Assembly: GCA_009937445.1 (NCBI GenBank)
Contig: JAACFM010000002.1
Coordinates: forward strand, 11,551 to 75,550
From: Gammaproteobacteria bacterium
GTDB lineage: Bacteria > Pseudomonadota > Gammaproteobacteria > Steroidobacterales > Woeseiaceae
Direction of reading: 5' to 3'
DNA: 64,000 nt
The notes under the pieces were generated by a model. That model was given only the letters and a program-made list of their open reading frames with translations. It had not been told where the DNA came from and did no database searches. This document shows positions 43,160 to 50,746 of the stretch, piece by piece (the stretch's first letter is position 1; each line of letters opens with the position of its first letter). Made by a program: the position numbers and the translations under genes.

Positions 43160-43507
43160 TCAGCTACCGCGGTAGGTTGAATAAGACCAGGGAGAGCATA
43201 ACAAGGGCACGTGGTAGTGCTGGTCGCCTTTTACAGAAAACCGAATGACAACCGTATCCAGAAACGCCGGGTCGTCAACCGCGATATCGCTATGACGAAA
43301 GTAATTGCCAATATCGAATTCAAGCTCATAGGTTCCTGTAAGCATTGACTCACCGTCAAGCAGGGCCTGTGCAGTGCGGCCATCGGCATTCGTCACTGTT
43401 TCTGCGATCTGCTCACGCCGCACCCCAATCCTGAACAACCGAATGGCAACTCCTGCAGCCGGGCCGCCCTGTGCCGTATCGAGGATGTGTGTCGTTAGTC
43501 GTCCCAT
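43160..43507 (-). CDS. uraH: 5-hydroxyisourate hydrolase (transthyretin-like)
   Basis: 115 aa. Starts MGRLTTHILD and ends with the family-typical YRGS. Confidence 0.9.
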   Translation of the reverse strand: MGRLTTHILDTAQGGPAAGVAIRLFRIGVRREQIAETVTNADGRTAQALLDGESMLTGTYELEFDIGNYFRHSDIAVDDPAFLDTVVIRFSVKGDQHYHVPLLCSPWSYSTYRGS

Positions 43508-43551
43508 GCCGCTCTCGTATAAAGGTCATTCGCTAAATCGAATATCGCATG

Positions 43552-43557
43552 ATTATA
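43552..43557 (-). promoter_or_regulatory. Candidate -10 element (TATAAT on minus strand) for the uraH-guaD operon
   Basis: Minus strand reads GTATAATC 45 nt upstream of uraH ATG 43507. It forms one arm of a nested inverted repeat spanning 43517-43558. Confidence 0.35.
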
Positions 43558-43618
43558 CTGTGTTAGCTTGCCCCCAATAAAAAAAAGATGGCAGCCCCAA
43601 ATGCTGGAGGAATTTGAG

Positions 43619-44068
43619 ATGAAAAAACTAATCTTGTTAGTGCCACTCTTCGCCTTGTTTGCTTGCGAGGTTCAAGTCGAACATGGACCCGAAGTTACCT
43701 ATCTGAACATGCCCGGCATGGCTGAACTCGATCTGCCGTTTTCCTCGGCCGTGCGCGTCGGCAAGACGCTCTATTTATCCGGCAATCTTGGCAACGTCCC
43801 CGGCACGCTCAATATGGCGGAAGGTGGTATCTCAGGTGAAACGCGTCAGACCATGGACAACATTTCACGAGTGCTCGAAGAATTCGGCTCGTCGATGGAT
43901 GACGTCGTTAAATGCTCGGTGTTTCTCGCCGATATGTCGGAATGGGGCGCGATGAACGACGTTTACAAAACCTATTTCAAGAACCCACCGGCGCGCAGCG
44001 CTCTTGGCGTAAGCGGTCTCGCGCTCAATGCGCGCGTCGAGATCGAGTGCATCGCAGTGACGAAATAG
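43619..44068 (+). CDS. RidA/YjgF family protein with lipoprotein signal peptide
   Basis: MKKLILLVPLFALFAC lipobox after ATG 43619. RidA blocks (VFLADMSEWGAMNDVY, RSALGVSGLALNARVEIECIA). Confidence 0.8.
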   Translation: MKKLILLVPLFALFACEVQVEHGPEVTYLNMPGMAELDLPFSSAVRVGKTLYLSGNLGNVPGTLNMAEGGISGETRQTMDNISRVLEEFGSSMDDVVKCSVFLADMSEWGAMNDVYKTYFKNPPARSALGVSGLALNARVEIECIAVTK

Positions 44069-44077
44069 ACGCCAAGC

Positions 44078-45928
44078 CTATTTTTTTCGCCCCGCTGGCT
44101 GCGATTTGGTCGCCAGCAGTTGGTCCCGGCGGGCCGCCAGCGCACCCAGTCGACGCTTGTCGAGGACATCGCTGAAATTATCCTGCAAAACCTGGTCGGT
44201 CATTTCGGTCAACGCGTTTTTCCAGCCATCGTTGACGGCCAGGCTTACCTTCTTAAGGTGGCTGGGCCGCCCTTTCTTATTGGCGAATGTTCGCTCATGT
44301 TCACTCAGCATCAGGCGCCAGGTCGACTTGTCGTACAGCATCCTCTGTTGCGTGCGACCTTCGTTGTAAACAAGCACATCGAAGACGTACATCGCCGCCC
44401 ACTGATCCGTAATCGAGCAGGACGACGAACTACCTACCTGACCGGACGAGGAGCGTATAGTCTCATCCATTATGTTGTCCGGCATGAATTGCAGTGAACC
44501 GCCGCTGCCTTTGATCTCGCGTTTTACTGTGACCGGGACCATATCGAGCTCCAGGAGCCTATCCATACGGTACGCCGCAACCCCGGGGTAAATACCCTTG
44601 GCTTCGCGTTTATGGAATATGGCGTTAACCGTGTATTTTCCATCACTGATTTCGACCTCTGTGCGTAACGGCATTTTCCTTTTATTTGGAGGCACTTTCC
44701 CAATTGTTAAGATTTCTCCCGTCTCGAGCAGTCGCTGCAATTTCTCCGTGGTCAAGCCGCTCGATCGGCGCCCCACTTGACGCGGGTGATCCGGCACCGA
44801 CGATTTCACTCCAGCCTGGCTAGTCACGGATACTGACTCGCCTTCGAGAATCAAGGCATGACCGGTACCGCTGTAATAGAAATTGAGCATGCCCGTGTCA
44901 ATTTCGATCAGGCGGCCACCAAACCGCTGCAGAACTTTGCGATTCGGGGTCGGTGTATGGCCAACCACAACCCGGTCCGCACCAATCGCAGCAAGCGCCG
45001 CATCCAATCGATGTTCTTCAATTATTCCGGGACACTTGACGTTACTGCGATACCAGAGTGGTCCATCAACGCCGAGAATCTCAGACTCATTCAGTCGAAT
45101 TCCTGCGCTGACCGCGTGCATAATGACCGGGTCCTCACTTAGCGCCGGCATGAAGTTATTGAGTATGCTTTCATATTTATAGTGGCTGTCGGTCGGCGAC
45201 AGGATCTCAGCATCGGTAAGCACATCGAGCACACCAGCAAAATCAGCGAGTTCTTTTTGCAGGCCTTGATTGACACCGTCCAGACCAATTCGCGTCACCT
45301 CTGGAGATAACCCCCCGTGCACAAATGCCGTACCGTTAATCACGACAATGATGTTCTTTTCTAATAACCACCGACCGTAAACGCCATCAGGGCGAAAGGC
45401 CCTGCGCATCGCGAAGTAACCAGGTGGATAGTAACGATCAAACTCAGCACGTACCGTTCCTTCTTCGGCATGCTGTTGCTTCACGTAGATCTCAAACCAG
45501 CGCCTACGTTCCGCGCGGTCTTCATCCTCCGCAAAAGCAGCATATTCCTGAGCACTGACATAACGCATATCACCCGTCAAAATCATCGACTCGTGATTAC
45601 CGATCAACACATGGACACGCCCGCCTGCCGACTCTGCTTCACCTTCCAGCCGCATGAGTAAGTCCATCGCCGCGCGAGACTTCGGCCCACGATCGAGGAT
45701 ATCGCCCACAATGACGAGGTTGGTTGTTCCGCCTGTCCAGGTCAATTCCGCGTCAAGAACATCAGCACTTTGCAGCGTTGACACCATGGCATCATAAGCA
45801 CCATGGATATCAGCGATTGCCACAACTCGATCAACACCATCAAAACGCCACTCTCTTGGCCACGCTGTCTGTGGCAGGGACATCAGAGCAATCAGAATCA
45901 ACAGGTATATATTTATTTTACGTAGCAA
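44078..45928 (-). CDS. Exported PPP-family metallophosphatase fused to a C-terminal PI3/PI4-kinase-/Fam20-like kinase-fold domain
   Basis: Signal-like N-terminus (YLLILIALMSLPQTAWP; TTG start). PPP motifs IADIHG, GDILDRG, GNHE. C-terminal ~230 aa carry AIFHK, GVAAYRMDRLLELDMVPVTV and MYVFDVLVYNEGRTQQR, which are kinase-fold-like by eye. Confidence 0.65.
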   Translation of the reverse strand: MLRKINIYLLILIALMSLPQTAWPREWRFDGVDRVVAIADIHGAYDAMVSTLQSADVLDAELTWTGGTTNLVIVGDILDRGPKSRAAMDLLMRLEGEAESAGGRVHVLIGNHESMILTGDMRYVSAQEYAAFAEDEDRAERRRWFEIYVKQQHAEEGTVRAEFDRYYPPGYFAMRRAFRPDGVYGRWLLEKNIIVVINGTAFVHGGLSPEVTRIGLDGVNQGLQKELADFAGVLDVLTDAEILSPTDSHYKYESILNNFMPALSEDPVIMHAVSAGIRLNESEILGVDGPLWYRSNVKCPGIIEEHRLDAALAAIGADRVVVGHTPTPNRKVLQRFGGRLIEIDTGMLNFYYSGTGHALILEGESVSVTSQAGVKSSVPDHPRQVGRRSSGLTTEKLQRLLETGEILTIGKVPPNKRKMPLRTEVEISDGKYTVNAIFHKREAKGIYPGVAAYRMDRLLELDMVPVTVKREIKGSGGSLQFMPDNIMDETIRSSSGQVGSSSSCSITDQWAAMYVFDVLVYNEGRTQQRMLYDKSTWRLMLSEHERTFANKKGRPSHLKKVSLAVNDGWKNALTEMTDQVLQDNFSDVLDKRRLGALAARRDQLLATKSQPAGRKK

Positions 45929-46063
45929 GTGTGTATTCCAGTTGTTTGCAGACGGCTAAGTGTAGTAGCTCAGTGAAAGGGCGGCAATTTAGAATCGAGT
46001 GCCAAGATGGCCTTATGCTAGAATATTCTCGATTGTGATACTCATCGGCGGGGTTCAAATACA

Positions 46064-47122
46064 ATGTTATTGACGCGTTGGACAGTACTTGGCACCACGT
46101 TGTTCCTGTTTTTTTCAGCTGCATCAGCTGCGTCAGCACAGGAAGCACGTTTACCTGACCCGCTGTTTCAGGATACCCAAGTGCTGGATGTGCGCGTCAC
46201 AGCGCCCTTGACAACGCTTCTTGACGAACGGCCGCTTGATCAGGAATTGCCGGCCAAGCTGCAATACGCTGACTCATCTGGCCAGACAGTAGAATTTGAC
46301 ATAAAGATTCGAACGCGCGGAAAGTTTCGTCGCAAGAAAGACATCTGTTCTTTTCCGCCCATGCGCCTGAACTTCAAAGCATCAGAGACCAAGGGCACGT
46401 TGTTTCACAAACAAAACAAGGTGAAGCTCGTCACGCATTGCGAGAACAACACGCGGTACGAACAGGTCATTCTCCGCGAATACACCGCGTATCGTATTCT
46501 GAACGTAATGACAGATGCGAGTTTTCGGGTGCGGCTATTACGCATCACCTACGTCGACTCTGAAGGCAATAAACGGGACGACGTCAGCCATGGTTTCATT
46601 ATCGAACACAGAGACCGACTGGCCAAGCGACTCGAAAAAGACTACCTCGAATTACCAGGCACGAAAGTCAGCGCCCTCGATCCCGCATACATGAATCTGG
46701 TATCGATGTACCAATACCTGATCGGTAATACCGACTTCTCACCGGTCAAGGCTGCGATAGACCAAAATTGCTGCCACAACCATGTTTTATTCGGCAATGA
46801 TGGCGAGCCAATCTTGTCCATCCCCTACGACTTCGATCAGGCTGGAATTGTCAATGCGCCGCACGCGGGTCCGAACCCAAGGTTCAAACTGCGCAATGTA
46901 AAAGAACGACTGTACAGAGGCCGCTGCACGAATAATGACCGGTTGCCCGAGACAATCGCCCTTTACAATGCGAAACAGGAACAGGTCATGGCTGTTCTGA
47001 GGGAAGTCGAGGATGCAAGCCAGCGCTCTATGAAATTGATGACCAACTACGTTAAAGGCTTCTACAGCACAATAAACTCGCAACGGCGCATCAACGGCGA
47101 GTTCGTCAAAAAGTGTATTTAG
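46064..47122 (+). CDS. Secreted CotH-like atypical kinase family protein
   Basis: Signal peptide (LFLFFSAASAASAQE). By-eye parallels to B. subtilis CotH: IRTRGKFRRKKDICSFPPMRLNF (cf. YRGSHIRDFKKKSYHISF), ILREYTAYRILNVM, HNHVLFGNDGEPILSIPYDFDQAG (cf. HNYALY...IPWDYDATWG). Confidence 0.55.
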   Translation: MLLTRWTVLGTTLFLFFSAASAASAQEARLPDPLFQDTQVLDVRVTAPLTTLLDERPLDQELPAKLQYADSSGQTVEFDIKIRTRGKFRRKKDICSFPPMRLNFKASETKGTLFHKQNKVKLVTHCENNTRYEQVILREYTAYRILNVMTDASFRVRLLRITYVDSEGNKRDDVSHGFIIEHRDRLAKRLEKDYLELPGTKVSALDPAYMNLVSMYQYLIGNTDFSPVKAAIDQNCCHNHVLFGNDGEPILSIPYDFDQAGIVNAPHAGPNPRFKLRNVKERLYRGRCTNNDRLPETIALYNAKQEQVMAVLREVEDASQRSMKLMTNYVKGFYSTINSQRRINGEFVKKCI

Positions 47123-48098
47123 GCGACGCCTCAGTGTCCCCCACCTTCAGCCAATCGGCGAGTATCTTGGTCATACGCGGATGAATGAAGTAACCGATTG
47201 AGCTGTGCGGGTTCGACTTACCGTACCGAACGGCCAGATTAAATATCCTGTAGTCCTGCACAGCGCTGACCACTCGCCGTTGCAGCATCATTTTGAAATC
47301 ATCCGCAAGCGTATTGTCATGACACGTATAGTCATCTTCGGCCGCGACGTTGTGCCACGAAATTACACTCAGCGGAAATTTTGTCTTCGGCTTTTCTTTT
47401 GCGCCAAGCAAGCGCTTGCGGATATTGGCGTCGCCTAGCGGCGCGCCGAGCGTAACCCAGAGCTCGACTTTCTTGTCACCGTATTGCTCCTTCAGATCCG
47501 GGTCGTGAGACAGTTGCCACAATACGTCGTAAGCGACAACGCTGCCGGTCCCATGTGATACCAGTACTATTCGAGCGTCGCGATCCATCAGAGCACACAG
47601 CTGTTCCCTGAGTCGTGCGCGGACCTGCATCGCATACTCCGACTTGCGATCAAAGTATCTCGCAAAATCCTGGGAGACCGTTCGTATCATGGGCACGCAG
47701 AGTCCTATGGCACCCAGTATCGGCGCCGCAATATCCACAATCGCCTCTGGAACAGCCGATTTTCCGGGAAGCTGATCGTACTGCCGAATACCAAATTTCT
47801 TGCGTACGGTTATCTCCCGCAATGCCGTCAGAGCATTGCGTCGATCGCCGATATCGAGATTCTCATCGTAATACTTGCCGCGCGCCTGCAGAACTTCCGC
47901 GTTCAGGTCACCGTACCAGGCAACGCTTTTCTGTATCGCGTCGAAAGACTCCAGCAGGTTCGGGCAGTCGCGCTCTATTCCGGAACGCAGCGCTGCCATG
48001 GACAAGTCCGTATACGCTTCTACCGACGGTTTGAAATCGCGACCATGTACCAGCAATAAACTGCGATCAGTCGTGCCACTCAATGCTTCGAGACTCAT
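47106..48098 (-). CDS. Cytoplasmic alpha/beta-hydrolase-like (lipase-like) protein
   Basis: LLLVHGRDF (oxyanion-type HG). Nucleophile-elbow-like IVLVSHGTGS. Late acidic/His residues (AAEDDYTCHD). No signal peptide. Confidence 0.45.
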   Translation of the reverse strand: MSLEALSGTTDRSLLLVHGRDFKPSVEAYTDLSMAALRSGIERDCPNLLESFDAIQKSVAWYGDLNAEVLQARGKYYDENLDIGDRRNALTALREITVRKKFGIRQYDQLPGKSAVPEAIVDIAAPILGAIGLCVPMIRTVSQDFARYFDRKSEYAMQVRARLREQLCALMDRDARIVLVSHGTGSVVAYDVLWQLSHDPDLKEQYGDKKVELWVTLGAPLGDANIRKRLLGAKEKPKTKFPLSVISWHNVAAEDDYTCHDNTLADDFKMMLQRRVVSAVQDYRIFNLAVRYGKSNPHSSIGYFIHPRMTKILADWLKVGDTEASPKYTF

Positions 48099-48116
48099 AT
48101 AACGATTCGCCGTTGT

Positions 48117-48764
48117 TTAATACTCATCTTCACCGCCGTCACGTCGAGTTAACATCGTAAGAAATGAACCGGACAAGGTTTTTCCGTATTCGAGCTTCCA
48201 GATAACCAGCGTCGCTAACACGAACATCAACGATATGACATACGCCACACCCAGCGCGCCGATTCCCGAGCCGAGCCCGATACCAATCGCTACAAAAATA
48301 TACATCGCATCTGACGGCTGATTCAGAGAAAAACGAAATCGGACAGCCGCGACGACACCGGCAAGGCTGAAAGCAAGTGCGATGCTGTTCAACACGATCA
48401 TCGAGATGCCCGTAACGAGTAAAGGCAGAACAAGGATAGTCTGCAGAAACGACTGATCGATTCGTCGTGCGCGGCTCGTAATGAAATACGCCCAGGACAC
48501 AGGGACCGCGAGGAAGGTTGCGCCGATACTTGCCAAGAGCAGGCGAATCGGTGCTGAGCCTGTCAGCAGATTTCTTTCGACGCTCGTATAAACCGGTTCA
48601 AAAGAATCGAAATTTGACCCGGAGAGTTCGTCGACACCCCCGAGTGGCAGGTATTCATCCAGGCCGGGATACCGATCCGCCAGAAACAGCACCGCACCCA
48701 TAATGATGCCGTAATACATCACGATCAGTGTTAGCGGTATCAGCAAATTTGCAGATCGTCTCAT
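48117..48764 (-). CDS. DUF4956 family membrane protein
   Basis: VAAVRFRFSLNQPSDAMYIFVAIGIGLGSGIG matches the DUF4956 core (xxRFR....D..Y.F.AI.IGL..G). I preferred ATG 48764 over the TTG at 48806. Confidence 0.6.
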   Translation of the reverse strand: MRRSANLLIPLTLIVMYYGIIMGAVLFLADRYPGLDEYLPLGGVDELSGSNFDSFEPVYTSVERNLLTGSAPIRLLLASIGATFLAVPVSWAYFITSRARRIDQSFLQTILVLPLLVTGISMIVLNSIALAFSLAGVVAAVRFRFSLNQPSDAMYIFVAIGIGLGSGIGALGVAYVISLMFVLATLVIWKLEYGKTLSGSFLTMLTRRDGGEDEY

Positions 48765-48893
48765 GGTGGTGTTCCAATTTGCGCGGTGTAAGAACGATAC
48801 AGCCAAGTCAGCAATTACGCCATAGCGTTAGTGGAGCACAACCCGCGCTTCGATGGTAATCTACATTCCGCCTGAAACTACTGAAAGAGACAA

Positions 48894-49871
48894 ATGACCG
48901 ACAAAGTACAGCTACTCGGCATCAGCAACGCTATTGTTGATGTGCTCGCGCACGTGGATAACGCCTTCCTGGATTCGATAGGAGCACCACTGGGGTCGAT
49001 GACACTTATCGACGAGAATCAGGCACACGACATTTATTCGAGGATGGGCCCGGCAACAGAAATGTCCGGTGGTTCTGTCGCCAACACAATTGCGGGATTC
49101 GCAAATCTGGGTGGCGCTACGGCTTACATTGGCAAGGTTCGCGACGATCAATTTGGTGAAATCTTCAATCATGATATGCGGTCGCTTGGCGTCGATATTC
49201 GGCTCGAGCCGGCAACCAGTGGCACGCCGACAGCACGTTGTCACGTGCTGATCACAGAGGGTGGCCAACGCACAATGCAAACCTACCTCGGCGCCTGTCT
49301 TGAACTTGCGTTAGCCGACATCACTCTGTCGACGGTTGGCGCACCGAAAGCACTGTTGCTTGAGGGCTATGTTTGGGACATCGCGGAAGGGCCGGCGCTT
49401 GCCAAAAAAGCAGCAGAAATCGCTCGCGCCAACGGCACCGCTGTTTCGCTCTCTCTCTCAGACTCTTTTTGTGTCGAAAGACATCGCGCTTCATTCCTCG
49501 ATTTTGTGCAAAACGATGCCGATATTGTGGTGGCCGACGAGGAAGAAATACACGCATTGCTGGGCACGGACAACATTGAGACAGCGGTCAGAGATTTGGC
49601 GACTTACGAAGCCCTGTTTGCAGTAACCCGTTCCGCACAAGGATCCGTTATCGTGCATGGCGATACGGTAATCGAACAGGAAGCGGCGTTCGTCAAGAAT
49701 GTTGTCGATACGACCGGCGCCGGTGATGCCTATTCGGCTGGATTCCTCTACGGGTGGGCAAATGGCCGCTCGTTAACTGAGTGTGCCAAATACGGTACCC
49801 GGTGCGCGACGAAGGTTATCCAGCAGGTGGGTGCCCGTGTCGAGAAAGGTCTCCTCGACGGATTTCAGTAA
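48894..49871 (+). CDS. Adenosine kinase / PfkB-family ribokinase-like kinase
   Basis: PfkB motifs GGSVANT and DTTGAGDAYSAGFLYG. 325 aa. Confidence 0.8.
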   Translation: MTDKVQLLGISNAIVDVLAHVDNAFLDSIGAPLGSMTLIDENQAHDIYSRMGPATEMSGGSVANTIAGFANLGGATAYIGKVRDDQFGEIFNHDMRSLGVDIRLEPATSGTPTARCHVLITEGGQRTMQTYLGACLELALADITLSTVGAPKALLLEGYVWDIAEGPALAKKAAEIARANGTAVSLSLSDSFCVERHRASFLDFVQNDADIVVADEEEIHALLGTDNIETAVRDLATYEALFAVTRSAQGSVIVHGDTVIEQEAAFVKNVVDTTGAGDAYSAGFLYGWANGRSLTECAKYGTRCATKVIQQVGARVEKGLLDGFQ

Positions 49872-49876
49872 CGCGT

Positions 49877-50746
49877 TCAGGTGCCGATCGGATGCCAGGT
49901 TGTCTTTACTTCCTGAGTGTCACGAATCAGGTACGGGTCTTGTGCATCGCGCAACCAATCGACCTGGTCTCGCGCAATGACGCGCTTGATATTATCCGCT
50001 GCCAGTTCCTGAACAGTCCTTGCGACCGCTTTGCGGCCGTCGCAGTACACGATTGCGTTCACATCCATATGTGATGCGAAGAACTCGGTGAGCTCGGAAC
50101 GAAAACCGGTCAGTATATTGACCACTCCGCCCGGCACATCGGACGCGTGCAGCACCTCCGCAAAACTCACTGCTGACAGCGGTTTGCTCTCAGATGCCAG
50201 GACAACGCAGGTGTTGCCTCCGACAATTGCTGGCGCAATATTCGAGATAAGCCCGAGTAAACCGGAATCGTCCGGCGCAAGAATAGACACGACACCTGTC
50301 GGTTCCAGGACTGAGAAATTAAAATGCGAGGAGTTGACTGGGTTAACCGCACTGAACACTTGCTGGTACTTGTCCGCCCAACCCGCAAAATAAATCAATC
50401 GATCGATTGACAGATCGACTTCTTTTTCCGCCGCCCGCGCGGCAGCGCCCTGCAGCTGAAGTTCCGCGATAAACTGGTCGCGACGCCCTTCCAGCATCTC
50501 GGCGATTCGATACAGAATCTGGCTGCGAAGATACGCGCTCGCTTTCGCCCAACCTGGTTGCGCTTTTCGCGCTGCGACAACCGAATTTCGAAAGTCCTTG
50601 CGGCTGCCACGACACATATTCGCGACAACATTGCCTTGTTTGTCCTCGAACGAGAAATAACGGCCCGATTCGGTTCTCGGAAATTTGCCGCCGATGTAGA
50701 TTTTGTAGGTTTTGGCTACCGCGAGTCGTTTTGCCGCCATCGTCAT
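49877..50746 (-). CDS. Aldehyde-dehydrogenase-like protein lacking the catalytic domain
   Basis: Aligns to the ALDH N-terminal/NAD-binding part (YIGGKF..., GGNTCVVLASESKP, GVVNILTG) and ends with an ALDH-like tail (EVKTTW). Has no ELGGK motif and no catalytic Cys motif. ATGA overlap with the upstream ALDH. Confidence 0.7.
   Translation of the reverse strand: MTMAAKRLAVAKTYKIYIGGKFPRTESGRYFSFEDKQGNVVANMCRGSRKDFRNSVVAARKAQPGWAKASAYLRSQILYRIAEMLEGRRDQFIAELQLQGAAARAAEKEVDLSIDRLIYFAGWADKYQQVFSAVNPVNSSHFNFSVLEPTGVVSILAPDDSGLLGLISNIAPAIVGGNTCVVLASESKPLSAVSFAEVLHASDVPGGVVNILTGFRSELTEFFASHMDVNAIVYCDGRKAVARTVQELAADNIKRVIARDQVDWLRDAQDPYLIRDTQEVKTTWHPIGT

Noticed and set aside
43589-43605. Sigma-54-like TGGCAG-N-TGC element upstream of ridA
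   Set aside because: The GG-to-GC spacing is off by one relative to TGGCAC-N5-TTGC, and the element sits only ~15 nt from the ATG.
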